The notes: generated by a model not told the origin, from the sequence alone. A stretch of 64,000 bases of DNA from Candidatus Fermentithermobacillaceae bacterium DTU015 (GCA_001513185.1 LFST01000046.1:82161-146160), one strand, 5' to 3'; shown: positions 1 through 10,216, counted from the first letter of the stretch. Made by a program: numbers and translations.

Positions 1-1
1 G

Positions 2-334
2 CTTATCGAGAATATTTTCGTGTTTGGGAGCCCTCTTCACGACGGAGCCGTCATTGTAAGAGGAGACAGGATTGCCGCAGCTGCAAGCTTCCTTCCGCCG
101 ACCCAGGACCCCGTAACGGTGGAGCTGGGTTCCAGGCACAGGGCAGCCTTGGGCATCACCCAGGTGTCTGACGCTGTGGCAATAGTAATATCCGAGGAGA
201 CAGGTACGGTTTCCTTGGCATCAGGGGGACGGCTTATCAGGGGCCTCGACGCCAAGACGCTGAGGGAAAAACTCCTGGAGGCCCTTGGGGCTCAGACCAA
301 TAATCAGACCGGCAGCCGGAGGCCTGGCAAATGA
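2..334 (+). CDS. cdaA: Diadenylate cyclase CdaA/DacA, C-terminal part (5' end outside window)
   Basis: Frame open from nt 2 (LIENIFVFGSPLHDGA); DAC motifs HDGA and GSRHRAA, SEETG; conserved cdaA-cdaR-glmM order. Confidence 0.95.
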   Translation, partial: LIENIFVFGSPLHDGAVIVRGDRIAAAASFLPPTQDPVTVELGSRHRAALGITQVSDAVAIVISEETGTVSLASGGRLIRGLDAKTLREKLLEALGAQTNNQTGSRRPGK

Positions 335-1545
335 TTCGGAAAATGCTTACTGACGATTACGCAGCTAAAATAATATCGGTGATCCTGGCTATCATCGTAT
401 GGGTTCAGGTGTTTAACGATAAGAATCCCCTTGAGAGGCGGGTTTTCTCTGTTGATGTGGTGCCCAATGAGGCCGCCGGGGAGCTGATCATAGTCTCAGT
501 TGACCCGCCTAAAGTCAATATCACAATGGAAGGCCGCGCCAGGACTCTCGATGAGATAGACGAAGAGCGCCTAAAAGCGGTGGCTGATCTGTCGGATGCC
601 GGAGAAGGCGTATTCACTGCCCAATTGTCGGTGGATGTACCTTATGGCGTGAAAGTGATCGAGATAAGCCCTTCGACAGCCAGTTTCCACCTGGACGTGA
701 TGTATTCGGCTAACGTGGATGTGGCGATTGAAACGGTGGGGATGCCCCACGAAGACTTTGAAACGGGCGAACCTGTGCCTTCAGCGGGCACTGTAAGGGT
801 CACAGGGCCTAAGCGGCTGGTGGAAAGGGTTAGATACGTCCAGGGTTCAGTGGATATCACAGACGCCAGAGAAGCCGTATCCACACTGGTCAATTTGTCA
901 GCCCGGGACGGGGCCGGCAACGAAGTGGCAGGGGTCAATCTTGAACCCAGCCAGGTCCAAGTGACTGTACCCCTAAATCCGCTTCCGCCTTCGAAAATCG
1001 TGCCGGTACAAGCGGTGGTCACAGGCAAGCCAAAGGCGGGATTTGCCGTGGGGCCGATTACAGCCAGCCCGGCTCAGGTCAAGATCCGCGCCGATGAGCA
1101 GGTGCTGAGGACCATCGGGCATATATCTACCAGGCCGATCGATGTGTCTGAGAAGAGCAGTACTTTCTTGCACCAGGCCACTCTAGACCTTCCGCCTGGG
1201 GTGACGGTCCAGGACGGGCGGGTGCTCATTACAGTTGAAATCATCGAGGATATCACGACCAAGACCTACGAAGGCGTAATCGTTCAGCTGGAATCCCCGC
1301 CTGTGGGCTATGCGTGGGAGATCGATCCGGCCATTGTCAATGTGGACATCACAGGGCGGAGCGATATTTTGGATAAGATTGACAAGGACGACATAACAGT
1401 TTATATAGACGCCTACGGCAGGACAGAGGGTGCTTGGGATTTAGTGGTGGCTTACAAGATAAGCACCCCTGAAGGGGTGGATGCAGATGCGCTGCAGGTT
1501 GATATCAAGCCTGCCCGGGTGAAGCTCACTTTGACCCAGCGATAG
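331..1545 (+). CDS. cdaR: CdaR/YbbR-repeat regulator of diadenylate cyclase
   Basis: N-terminal TM (KIISVILAIIVWV), repeated beta-rich YbbR-like units (V.V.GP, P..V.V); ATGA overlap with cdaA. Confidence 0.9.
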   Translation: MIRKMLTDDYAAKIISVILAIIVWVQVFNDKNPLERRVFSVDVVPNEAAGELIIVSVDPPKVNITMEGRARTLDEIDEERLKAVADLSDAGEGVFTAQLSVDVPYGVKVIEISPSTASFHLDVMYSANVDVAIETVGMPHEDFETGEPVPSAGTVRVTGPKRLVERVRYVQGSVDITDAREAVSTLVNLSARDGAGNEVAGVNLEPSQVQVTVPLNPLPPSKIVPVQAVVTGKPKAGFAVGPITASPAQVKIRADEQVLRTIGHISTRPIDVSEKSSTFLHQATLDLPPGVTVQDGRVLITVEIIEDITTKTYEGVIVQLESPPVGYAWEIDPAIVNVDITGRSDILDKIDKDDITVYIDAYGRTEGAWDLVVAYKISTPEGVDADALQVDIKPARVKLTLTQR

Positions 1546-1691
1546 GCCGGCCGGCTTCCGGCAACGCACCTTACGCATCTTACGCGCCTGATATATCCGA
1601 TGCGCCTATAACAGCCGGTATATCACATATCCCATGGGAGTTGTGCGTGCCGTAGGCAACGATGCACTGGATGAAACCGGAGGGTACTCAG

Positions 1692-3050
1692 ATGAATTTG
1701 TTTGGGACTGATGGCATTCGTGGTATTGCCAACGCGGATTTGACGTGTGAAATCGCGTTTAAGTTGGGCCAGGCTGTAGGCTTGCGCCTCACTCCACCTA
1801 GACAAGTATGTGTAGGAAGGGACACCAGAGTTTCCGGCAACATGCTGGAAGCTGCCTTGATTGCGGGGATCACCTCTACAGGCAGGGATGTAATCCGCCT
1901 GGGAGTGATCACCACTCCGGGGCTCTCCTTTATCGTGAGACATTTCAACTTAGGCGGCGGGGTGATGATCTCCGCTTCCCACAATCCCTTTGAATACAAC
2001 GGGCTCAAAGTGTTCGGCCCTGACGGGAAGAAGATTTCAGAAGACACCGAGCTAGAGTTTTCCCGGATGATCCTCGGTGAGACCCGGCTTGCTTTGCCTA
2101 CCGGAGACGCTGTCGGCCGGGTGTTTGAAGGCGCCGGGATGGTTGACGCCTACGTCCAATTCCTCAGAGGGTTTGTCCAAGCTGAGATGTCACGGTTAAG
2201 GATCGTGGTGGATACCGCCAACGGTTCCGCGTCCTACCTTGCCCGTCAAGTATGGGGTGCCCTGGGTGCAAACGTGAAGTTCATCCACTGCGAGCCCGAC
2301 GGGGTTAATATCAACAGAAACTGCGGTTCGACCAGCCCGTCGTGTTTGGCAGCAGAGGTGGTCCGGGGCGGGTTCCACGCGGGGTTTGCTTACGATGGGG
2401 ATGGCGACAGGTGCATAGCCGTGGATGAGCAGGGCAATGTGCTAAGCGGCGACCACATAATGGCGATCATGGCTTCCCACATGGCCCAAAACCAGCGGCT
2501 CCGGGGCAATACCGTGGTTGGTACGGTGATGGCCAATTTCGGGCTGGAGAAATACCTGTCTTCGTGCGGGATCAGGCTGATCCGGACGCCTGTGGGAGAC
2601 CGTTTCGTGATGGAAGAGATGGACCGGGGCGGGTATACCCTGGGCGGAGAGCAGTCAGGCCATATCATCTTCGGAGATATTTTGCCTGCCGGCGACGGCA
2701 TGCTTACATCCCTTTGCCTTGCAGGGGTGTTTGCCCGGTCAGGCCGCAAGCTGTCGGACCTTGCTTCGGTGATTGAACCGGTACCCCAAGTGCTGGTGAA
2801 CGTTGAGTCTGCTTGCCCAGGCCAGGTGGTACAGCTGCCCCGGGTGCAGCAAGCTATAAAGCAGGTAAGCGAACGGCTTGAAGGTGTGGGCCGGGTTGTA
2901 GTACGCCCATCGGGTACCGAACCTTTGGTCAGGATAATGGTTGAATCCCTGGATGCCGGCTTGGTCCAAGAGTGCATTGACTACTTAAAGGCCGTGATTA
3001 CCGAGGAAGCGCAGTCAGGGGCTTCCAGCCGGAAACCCCCGACCGTTTAG
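1692..3050 (+). CDS. glmM: Phosphoglucosamine mutase
   Basis: LFGTDGIRG, SASHNP phosphoserine motif, DGDGDR, GGEQSGH, RPSGTEP; start moved to ATG 1692 behind GGAGGG. Confidence 0.95.
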   Translation: MNLFGTDGIRGIANADLTCEIAFKLGQAVGLRLTPPRQVCVGRDTRVSGNMLEAALIAGITSTGRDVIRLGVITTPGLSFIVRHFNLGGGVMISASHNPFEYNGLKVFGPDGKKISEDTELEFSRMILGETRLALPTGDAVGRVFEGAGMVDAYVQFLRGFVQAEMSRLRIVVDTANGSASYLARQVWGALGANVKFIHCEPDGVNINRNCGSTSPSCLAAEVVRGGFHAGFAYDGDGDRCIAVDEQGNVLSGDHIMAIMASHMAQNQRLRGNTVVGTVMANFGLEKYLSSCGIRLIRTPVGDRFVMEEMDRGGYTLGGEQSGHIIFGDILPAGDGMLTSLCLAGVFARSGRKLSDLASVIEPVPQVLVNVESACPGQVVQLPRVQQAIKQVSERLEGVGRVVVRPSGTEPLVRIMVESLDAGLVQECIDYLKAVITEEAQSGASSRKPPTV

Positions 3051-4459
3051 GGCTTCATCAATTCATCAAACAATGCCCTCCAGCGAAGCCATGCCTTCCT
3101 GGCTTGGGTATGGGTGTAGTGTGTGAGCATTGCCCTGGCCTTGTCCGGATCGTGCTTGAAAACCTCGTACACTTGCTGTTCAAACCGGGCCTGCGAGTCA
3201 GCCCACTCCTTTTCCAGGGCGTCCCTTGCCTCTGATATCCTGGGGAACACTTGGGCGTATGCAGCGTCGGCCAGATCTTGCACCGACTGAAAGGCCCACC
3301 ATGCCCGGCTGGGACGGTATGACAGGTCAGCGGGTGGCACGTCAAAGTGGCTGGCCAAGGCTGCTTCCGGGGACATCCAGGTGTAGCCCGGCGGTATGCT
3401 GGTAATTCCCAGGTACCAGGGGACATATGGGCTGGTGCACGGGTTGAGCAGCGTCCGCCATATGCATGTGAATTCAGGTTGCTCCCTAAACTGGATCACA
3501 AAACTCTCCAGGGTGGTTGACGTGCAAATGGTCCGCTTGCCGGTGGTGTGGGGGTTGATGAGATAGCCTTTGGACAAATCATCGTCGGTGCCCTCGTAGT
3601 GGGTGCGGAGGATTGCCTTTACATCCTCTACTCCCAGCTTATGAGGGGGTCTTACTGAAAACGCCCGCACATCTTGTGGCTCAGCCTTGAGGATAAGCCT
3701 CAGTGCGTTTTTGTGGCGCACGATGTTGCCGTCCTGGTTCTTTTCGGGATCCTGGTAAGCCAGGGCGAAACTGAAGTCGCTGTAGTCTCCTGGACGTTTG
3801 GGGGTGTACCAGCCGCGGTCTATAGCATATGTAATTATGTCCGGTGATGCGATGTAATTGGCTTTGTCCGACAGGTCCACTTGGTGGATGGTGTACCAAT
3901 TGGGTATGAACATTACTTCATCATCTGGGACCCTTTTTGCCACATAGTGCTTGCCTTGTACTACTTGGAGCACCCAACCTTCGTGTTTGTCCACGATCTG
4001 GTATGCCCGCCCCGATGCGGTATACCCATATTTCTCTATGAGGGACACTGCGATTTCCACGCCTTCCCTGGCCGTCCGGGCCCTTTGGGCGATGATGTGC
4101 CCCAAGCCGTAGCCGATTCCCCCATTGGTGAGTTCAGGCATATCTTCCCTGGAGGGAGAGCAGTTGTCGGTAGCTACGGCCACGCCCCATTCGTTGATGA
4201 AGGTATCGCTAAATGATGGTTTCCAGCTGGCCCTGGTTTCAGACCAAAGATATGCCCAGGTTTGTTCAACCTGCGGGATTTTGGCGCATTCAGCTTCAAA
4301 CTCAAGCAGTTTACCTGGCTCGTGAGTTGCCCTGGGTACCAAATGCTGTATCATCACGTTATTGCCTGAATCGTCTTCATTATGGCCAAACAGCACTTCG
4401 CCTGTTGCAGAGGCTTCTTTACCTACCAAGATTGCGCTGCAGGCTTCAAGATTGCCCAT
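3047..4459 (-). CDS. Peptidase family C69 (dipeptidase A/secernin-like Ntn hydrolase)
   Basis: N-terminal CSAILVGK..S.TG..LFGHNED, INEWGV, RARTAREGV; GGAGG upstream on minus strand. Confidence 0.85.
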   Translation of the reverse strand: MGNLEACSAILVGKEASATGEVLFGHNEDDSGNNVMIQHLVPRATHEPGKLLEFEAECAKIPQVEQTWAYLWSETRASWKPSFSDTFINEWGVAVATDNCSPSREDMPELTNGGIGYGLGHIIAQRARTAREGVEIAVSLIEKYGYTASGRAYQIVDKHEGWVLQVVQGKHYVAKRVPDDEVMFIPNWYTIHQVDLSDKANYIASPDIITYAIDRGWYTPKRPGDYSDFSFALAYQDPEKNQDGNIVRHKNALRLILKAEPQDVRAFSVRPPHKLGVEDVKAILRTHYEGTDDDLSKGYLINPHTTGKRTICTSTTLESFVIQFREQPEFTCIWRTLLNPCTSPYVPWYLGITSIPPGYTWMSPEAALASHFDVPPADLSYRPSRAWWAFQSVQDLADAAYAQVFPRISEARDALEKEWADSQARFEQQVYEVFKHDPDKARAMLTHYTHTQARKAWLRWRALFDELMKP

Positions 4460-4565
4460 GGCTGTGCACCCTCCAGTCTATGTGGCTTGATGCTAATGAG
4501 CTGAATCCGGATGTTGTTTTCAATACCCGGCCGGGGGTCTCCTGCTCGCAAATGCCGATACTTAA

Positions 4566-4594
4566 TTGACAAAGGGGTCCGGTTTGTCTGCAAT
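4566..4594 (+). promoter_or_regulatory. Putative sigma-A promoter of the acpS-nnr-mazEF unit
   Basis: TTGACA (4566-4571), 17 nt spacer, TGCAAT (4589-4594). Confidence 0.45.
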
Positions 4595-4616
4595 ATATAT
4601 GAAAGCGAAAGGCGTG

Positions 4617-5045
4617 ATGGATGTGCTTAAGCCCGAACCTCTCCGTGTAGGCCTGGATGTGGTGCTCGTATCCCGGGTGGAGCAGATGTATAACAAACGG
4701 CCCCGGCAATTCGTCCAAAGGTTTTTCGGGGAAGATGAAAGGGAATATTGTCTCGCCCCGTCCCGGCCTGCCTGCCGGTTTCAGCGGTTTGCAGGACGGA
4801 TCGCTGCCAAAGAGGCGGTGATGAAGGTGTTGGGGCAGGGATGGCCCCGCCTGTCGTGGACTGACATCCAGATAGTCAGTGACGGGTCAGGCCGGCCGGT
4901 AGTGGAGCTCCGGGGCAAAGCTCTTGAGATCATGGACCGGCTGGGGCTGGCATCCATACAGGTGTCCATCACCCATGACGGGGACATAGCTGCCGCCGTA
5001 GCGGTTGGGATATCTAGAATGGTTGACAGCGATGGGTTGAACTAA
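4617..5045 (+). CDS. acpS: Holo-[acyl-carrier-protein] synthase (start uncertain, 4599-4623)
   Basis: VGLDVV, FAGRIAAKEAVMK, SGRP, VSITHD motifs; conserved acpS-nnr synteny. Confidence 0.9.
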   Translation: MDVLKPEPLRVGLDVVLVSRVEQMYNKRPRQFVQRFFGEDEREYCLAPSRPACRFQRFAGRIAAKEAVMKVLGQGWPRLSWTDIQIVSDGSGRPVVELRGKALEIMDRLGLASIQVSITHDGDIAAAVAVGISRMVDSDGLN

Positions 5046-5066
5046 TGGCCTAAAGGGGTTGGTTTC

Positions 5067-6758
5067 ATGTTGATCGTTTCCGCCGAAGAGATGCGCAGGC
5101 TGGACAACATGGCGCAACAACTGGGGGTACCCGCCCTCCTGCTCATGGAAAACGCAGGCAGGGCATTGGCTGATCATGCTGAGCGATTGTTGGCAGGGCT
5201 CCCCTTTGAAGGCCTCACAAGCTGCCAAGCTCAGGCCGGTGACGCGGTGTTGCCCGCACGGCTACCCAAGAAGCAGATTGCCATCTTGGCGGGACCGGGC
5301 CAGAACGGCGGAGACGGGTTTTGCGCCGCCAGGCATCTGGCTGCAAGGGGGCATGAAGTAAAGGTAGGTTTCTTTGGGAAGCAGGCGAAGCTGCCTGAGG
5401 AAGCCCACATGAACTACCAGATGCTTGCCTCATACCCCGTGGAAGTGTATCCGGTTGAGACTATGTCGCCGCAAGAGGTGCTGGATGCCTTGGGCCATCC
5501 CGACCTGATAATCGATGCGCTCTTGGGGATCGGGGGCCAAGGGGACCCCAGGTCGCCTATGGACATGGCAATAAGGTGGGCTAATTCCCAGGATGCGCCT
5601 GTGGTGGCGTGTGACATACCCTCAGGGTTGTCGGCGGATACAGGTTACGCCTATTCTCCTTGCATCCAGGCGGATCTCACCATCACCATGGGGTTTGCCA
5701 AGATCGGGCTCTTAAGCTATCCGGGCAGGATGTACACAGGTCACCTGATTGTTGAGAAACTGAGTTTTCCTCCAGGCATGGTAGTGGATTACCATCGTGA
5801 AGGCGGACAGACCCAAGCAGGCCTTCCAAGCCAGGCACAGGCTGACGGGCCCATTACCATCCTCGCTAAAGCGGCCACTATGGAACAAGCGGCAAGGTTG
5901 ATGCCGGTAAGGCGCGGAGATCACCACAAAGGAGTTTCGGGGCATGTGGTGGTAGTTGCAGGTTGTGTGGGCATGGCAGGCGCCGGGGTTCTGGCTGCCA
6001 AGAGCGCGCTTAGGGCAGGGGCCGGGACAGTCACCCTCATCTGCCCCGGTGGGGCGTACAATGCATGTGCAGGAGCGGTGCCTGAGGTCATGGTGGTACC
6101 TTGCGGCGAGTCGGGCGTGTTCTGCCCGAGTAAAGACTGCATTGAAGTGGTGCGCACAAATCTTGAGAGAGCAGCCGCGGTGGTCTTAGGGCCGGGATGG
6201 GGACGGGGGGATTTTCAGACACAGTTTTTGAAGGAGATCCTCCCTATTGCGTCGAAAAAAACCTGTGTGATAGACGCAGACGCGCTGTTTGCCCTAAGAC
6301 AGCTGGGCGGATTCTCATATCTGGCCGGCCTCCAGGGAAACTTTATTCTGACACCCCATCCAGGGGAGATGTCAGTGCTTACCGGGCTAAGCACCGGACA
6401 GATCCAAAAGGATAGGCCCGGTTACGCCAGGCAAGGGGCGCATGAATCAAACAGCGTGGTGTGCCTGAAAGGTGCCGGAACGTGTACTGCCGGGCCTTCA
6501 GGGCAGCTATGTGTGAATACATCAGGCGGGCCTTACATGGCAACTGCAGGTTCAGGTGATGTCCTCACCGGCGTTATCGCCGCGTTGGCTGCCCAGGGGC
6601 TTCCACCATATGAAAGCGCCTGGTTAGGTGTGTTCTGGCACGGGCTGGCAGGAGAAGCAGCCTTTAGGCGGAAAGGAGCGTACGGCATATTGGCCGGCGA
6701 TATAATAGAATGTTTGCCTGAGGCCAGGGCGCTTATAGGAGCACCCGAGACTAATTGA
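5067..6758 (+). CDS. nnr: Bifunctional NAD(P)H-hydrate epimerase/dehydratase (NnrE-NnrD)
   Basis: LMENAG, GPGQNGGDG, DIPSGL (YjeF_N); HKG, GPGWG, DADAL, TPHPGE, MATAGSGDVL (dehydratase). Confidence 0.93.
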   Translation: MLIVSAEEMRRLDNMAQQLGVPALLLMENAGRALADHAERLLAGLPFEGLTSCQAQAGDAVLPARLPKKQIAILAGPGQNGGDGFCAARHLAARGHEVKVGFFGKQAKLPEEAHMNYQMLASYPVEVYPVETMSPQEVLDALGHPDLIIDALLGIGGQGDPRSPMDMAIRWANSQDAPVVACDIPSGLSADTGYAYSPCIQADLTITMGFAKIGLLSYPGRMYTGHLIVEKLSFPPGMVVDYHREGGQTQAGLPSQAQADGPITILAKAATMEQAARLMPVRRGDHHKGVSGHVVVVAGCVGMAGAGVLAAKSALRAGAGTVTLICPGGAYNACAGAVPEVMVVPCGESGVFCPSKDCIEVVRTNLERAAAVVLGPGWGRGDFQTQFLKEILPIASKKTCVIDADALFALRQLGGFSYLAGLQGNFILTPHPGEMSVLTGLSTGQIQKDRPGYARQGAHESNSVVCLKGAGTCTAGPSGQLCVNTSGGPYMATAGSGDVLTGVIAALAAQGLPPYESAWLGVFWHGLAGEAAFRRKGAYGILAGDIIECLPEARALIGAPETN

Positions 6759-6809
6759 CCGGTTTCAGACACTGACTAAGGGCCGGCTTATAAGGAGGCC
6801 GAACCTATC

Positions 6810-7133
6810 TTGGCTAGAATGAAACGAGTGGTTGTAGCATTTCCTGAAGACATATTGGCAGGCATCGATGACATAGTAGTAGAAACAAACAAGACCCGTT
6901 CTGTATTTATACGCGAGGCTTGCTGCTTTTACATGGAAAAGGTGAAGAGGGAAACCATGCGGGAACAGATGAAAGCAGGCTATTTGGAGATGGCCGAGAT
7001 TAACAGGCTCTTAGCTGAAGAGATAGCGTGCGATTTCGATTGTTATCCCAGACTTGGTCCCGTGGAAGAGTATCGCGCGTATATGGCTGAAATTTCCCAG
7101 CATGATGTTTCCGCCAAATGGAGGAAGTCTTGA
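6810..7133 (+). CDS. ndoAI: CopG/ribbon-helix-helix antitoxin EndoAI (MazE-like)
   Basis: RHH N-terminus (RVVVAFP...RSVFIREA) and MKAGYLEMAEIN motif; abuts toxin gene. Confidence 0.88.
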   Translation: MARMKRVVVAFPEDILAGIDDIVVETNKTRSVFIREACCFYMEKVKRETMREQMKAGYLEMAEINRLLAEEIACDFDCYPRLGPVEEYRAYMAEISQHDVSAKWRKS

Positions 7134-7484
7134 TTGGAGCCTTCCAGAGGTGAGATTTACTTTGCCGATCTAAACCCTGTTCTCGGTTCGGAACAAGGGG
7201 GATTTAGGCCGGTCTTAATCATCCAGAACGACATCGGCAACAAGTACAGTCCTACCGTGATCATTTCTGCGATTACTTCCCAGATCCAAAAGGCGAGGCT
7301 CCCGACCCATGTAGAACTCCCTGCACGGATTTCCAATCTTGAGAAGGACTCGGTAATATTGCTTGAGCAGATAAGGACCATAGACAAAAGACGGCTTAAG
7401 AAAAGGGTAGCTAAGCTGGACAGCGACATAATGGCGCAGGTGGATGAAGGCTTGGCCATATCCTTGGGACTAAAGCCTTTGTAG
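7134..7484 (+). CDS. ndoA: MazF/PemK-family endoribonuclease toxin EndoA
   Basis: [32 protein letters not shown]...[16 protein letters not shown] start directly after antitoxin TGA. Confidence 0.95.
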   Translation: MEPSRGEIYFADLNPVLGSEQGGFRPVLIIQNDIGNKYSPTVIISAITSQIQKARLPTHVELPARISNLEKDSVILLEQIRTIDKRRLKKRVAKLDSDIMAQVDEGLAISLGLKPL

Positions 7485-7527
7485 CAGTAAGGCCGGTTGC
7501 GGCAGTAAATCTCAAAGGGGAGGATAT

Positions 7528-8238
7528 ATGATGAAACCGGTAATCGGCATCGTAGCCAGTTGGAACGAGGAAAACGAGTCTTCTGTGCTGCCCCACACCT
7601 ATGTTTCCGCTGTGCTGGAAGCGGGCGGAATCCCTCTGGCTATACCCATGGTGGGCAAGGAAGAAGCTGACCAGATTCTGCCCAAACTGGACGGGATGGT
7701 ATTCCCAGGTGGCGCGGACGTGGATCCGGCCAGGTACGGAGAGCGGCCCCATTTGAAACTGGGCAAGGTAAACCCGAGGCTGGATGAGCTGGAATTGTAT
7801 CTGGCCAGAAGGGTATTGGATATGGGGCTTCCGGTTGTCGGGATTTGCCGAGGATGTCAGGTGGTTAACGTTGCAGCCGGCGGTACTTTGGTCCAGGATA
7901 TCCCGTCCCAGGTGGGAGGGGCCATGAAACACCAGCAACAGGCGCCTAGATGGCATGGTACTCACGAAGTAATCATAGATGAAGATTCCTTGGCGTTTGA
8001 CGTGTTTGGCGTCAGGCGGCTGATGGTTAACTCATATCACCATCAGGCAGTCAGGGACCCGGGGGAGGGCTTGGTCGTGTCAGGGCGGGCTCTCGACGGT
8101 GTTACCGAGGTGGTCGAAGGGCGGAAGAATTTCGTACTTCTGATCCAATGGCATCCTGAATGTATGTTTAAGCACAACCGGGTGTTCCTCAGGCCCTTTG
8201 AGGCACTGGTGGAGGCCGCCAGGAATTACCGTGATTGA
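7528..8238 (+). CDS. Peptidase C26 / gamma-glutamyl-gamma-aminobutyrate hydrolase family (class I glutamine amidotransferase)
   Basis: PGGADVDP, GICRGCQ nucleophile elbow, VNSYHHQ, QWHPE. Confidence 0.9.
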   Translation: MMKPVIGIVASWNEENESSVLPHTYVSAVLEAGGIPLAIPMVGKEEADQILPKLDGMVFPGGADVDPARYGERPHLKLGKVNPRLDELELYLARRVLDMGLPVVGICRGCQVVNVAAGGTLVQDIPSQVGGAMKHQQQAPRWHGTHEVIIDEDSLAFDVFGVRRLMVNSYHHQAVRDPGEGLVVSGRALDGVTEVVEGRKNFVLLIQWHPECMFKHNRVFLRPFEALVEAARNYRD

Positions 8239-8254
8239 GTGGAGGTATCAAGGG

Positions 8255-9361
8255 ATGAACGGTTCCAGGCCCACCTTAAGGGAATTAGGGATTTCTATCG
8301 GAACCCTGCCCACGGGGCGCTACAACGGGATTACTGATGTTCCCGGGGTGCTGGTGGGGCACTCTACGATCATAGAAGGTGAAGGCCCTCTGGTGCCGGG
8401 CATAGGGCCGGTAAGGACCGGGGTCACTGCAATCAAGCCTCATCCTGGCAACTTGTTTCAGTCAAAAGTCCCGGGCGCCGTGTACGTTATAAACGGTTTC
8501 GGGAAAGCCACAGGTATTGCCCAGGTCCAGGAGTTGGGGGTAATTGAAACCCCTATAGTGCTCACTAATACCTTGAGCGTAGGCCAGGCCTGGGATGCGC
8601 TTTGCGAGTACATGCTGGAACAAAACCCTGATATCGGGGTAACCACAGGCACCGTGAATCCCTTGGTACTTGAATGCAACGACGGTTATCTTAACGACAT
8701 AAGGGGCAGGCACGTGAAGCCTCATCATGTATTTGAGGCGCTCAACGGGGCGTCTTCGGGGCCTGTGGCTCAAGGTAACGTGGGAGGCGGTACCGGAATG
8801 TCCTGTTTTGGGTTCAAAGGGGGCATAGGTACGGCTTCCAGGTGCGTAGAGCTTGGTGAAAACCAATGGATTGTGGGCGTATTGGTAATGTCCAACTTCG
8901 GTAGCATGAAGGAACTAAGGATCTCAGGAGTCCCGGTGGGTTTGGAGCTGGAGCGGCGGTTGGGTACACAAGCCAAAGCTCCCCCTGGGTCCATAGTGAT
9001 CGTGTTGGGAACCGATGCGCCTGTGTGCCATAGGCAGCTCATGAGGATCGCCAAGAGGTGCCAGGGCGGGTTGGCCCGGGTAGGGTCTACCTTCCAAAAC
9101 GGAAGCGGCGATTTTGTCGTGGCGTTTTCCACGGCCAACCAGGTGAGTCACAAAGATCCGTCACCTTTTGTAGAGGGGAAATGGTTGCGGGATGATTCCC
9201 GTGAACTCGGCCGGCTTTTCGTGGCTGCGGTTGAAGCCACTGAAGAGGCGATCCTGAATTCCCTGTTTGCCGCAGAAACCATGGTAGGCCGGGATGGCAA
9301 TACCAGGATGGGCCTGCCTGCAGATATGGTACTTGACATTCTTAAAAGCTGGAAACCTTGA
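8255..9361 (+). CDS. dmpA: DmpA/P1 (S58) family L-/D-aminopeptidase
   Basis: ITDVPGVLVGH, NGFGK, ECNDGYLND, GGGTGM..FGFKGGIGTASR, G|SIVIV autocleavage site, GSGD; start at ATG 8255 behind GGAGG. Confidence 0.9.
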   Translation: MNGSRPTLRELGISIGTLPTGRYNGITDVPGVLVGHSTIIEGEGPLVPGIGPVRTGVTAIKPHPGNLFQSKVPGAVYVINGFGKATGIAQVQELGVIETPIVLTNTLSVGQAWDALCEYMLEQNPDIGVTTGTVNPLVLECNDGYLNDIRGRHVKPHHVFEALNGASSGPVAQGNVGGGTGMSCFGFKGGIGTASRCVELGENQWIVGVLVMSNFGSMKELRISGVPVGLELERRLGTQAKAPPGSIVIVLGTDAPVCHRQLMRIAKRCQGGLARVGSTFQNGSGDFVVAFSTANQVSHKDPSPFVEGKWLRDDSRELGRLFVAAVEATEEAILNSLFAAETMVGRDGNTRMGLPADMVLDILKSWKP

Positions 9362-9382
9362 CATAGGGTGCCATATTTTTCA

Positions 9383-9409
9383 GCAGGATTAATCGAACAA
9401 TCGTCGAAT
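9383..9409 (+). promoter_or_regulatory. Putative sigma-H-type promoter
   Basis: GCAGGATTA-N11-GTCGAAT, matches B. subtilis SigH consensus RNAGGAWWW-N11/12-RNNGAAT. Confidence 0.55.
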
Positions 9410-9441
9410 GGTGTAAGAAGCAATTGTTGGGGAGGTTTGTA

Positions 9442-10113
9442 ATGCCGCGGAAGAACAAGGATAGCCAAGCGGAGCAAAGCCGGCCTGGTCAAACGGCCGG
9501 GAGGCCCGCTTATCTCAGGGGCTTAAGGCCCCGGGAAAAGCCCCCGGGTGAGGTCAAGGAGGCTGCTCCTGTTGAAACTCATGAGGAACAAGAACCTAAG
9601 GAAGACGTGGAACTGTACAGGTGGACAAACTGGCTTCTTCCTAGGCGTCCTCTGGTTGCCGTTTTCGTGATTGCCTCGCTCATCGGATGCATAGTGCTTG
9701 CATATTGGGCGGTACCTCAGCCGTTTTTTGTCGCTGTCATCACCATTATATTCCTTAATCGTTTGGCTCCGTATCTGTTTCCCGTCACATTTATCCTTAC
9801 TGAGGAAACGGTAGGTTACAGGACCTTCTTGGCCAGGGATATCCGCAATTGGGATGTGTTTTTGGCCTACAGGGAGTTTCCCGACGGAGTGTTCCTTACC
9901 CACGACATAAGGACTTTCAGGGGGCGTTTGAAGGAGGGGATCTTTCTCTATTATTACGAAGACTGTTCCAACAAAGATGAAATCCTTCGCATAGTCAGCA
10001 CCAAGTTGAAACCTCTCGACGAAGCACTATCTGCACCGCAAGAGAAGAAGGAAAACAAGGGCGGGCTGCGATCGGCTTTTGATCGGATTCGCAGGTTACG
10101 CTCAAAAAAATAA
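9442..10113 (+). CDS. Hypothetical membrane protein (2 TM segments plus cytoplasmic beta/PH-like domain)
   Basis: GGAGG 9431-9435 before ATG 9442; charged N-terminus, hydrophobic hairpin (LVAVFVIASLIGCIVLAYW / FFVAVITIIFL), basic C-terminal tail. Confidence 0.75.
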   Translation: MPRKNKDSQAEQSRPGQTAGRPAYLRGLRPREKPPGEVKEAAPVETHEEQEPKEDVELYRWTNWLLPRRPLVAVFVIASLIGCIVLAYWAVPQPFFVAVITIIFLNRLAPYLFPVTFILTEETVGYRTFLARDIRNWDVFLAYREFPDGVFLTHDIRTFRGRLKEGIFLYYYEDCSNKDEILRIVSTKLKPLDEALSAPQEKKENKGGLRSAFDRIRRLRSKK

Positions 10114-10216
10114 CTCAGGACTACTCATCCTCCATCATAGCTTTATCTGAGCTTGTTTTTTCCATCGTTCATTAGCCGCTCTTATTAGTCACAGGGGGAG
10201 CAAGGAGGGATCTGGT

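Noticed and set aside
1546..1625. Short degenerate 9-nt repeats (ACGCACCTT ACGCATCTT ACGCGCCTG) between cdaR and glmM
   Set aside because: Only about 3 imperfect units with no spacers; not CRISPR and no recognisable RNA structure
4495..4560. GCTGAATCC suggestive of a c-di-AMP (ydaO) riboswitch near cdaA
   Set aside because: The remaining conserved elements of that riboswitch are absent and the space is too short
6810..7484. mazEF as a sign of a mobile or defence island
   Set aside because: It sits in its usual chromosomal position downstream of acpS; no integrase, transposase or boundary repeats
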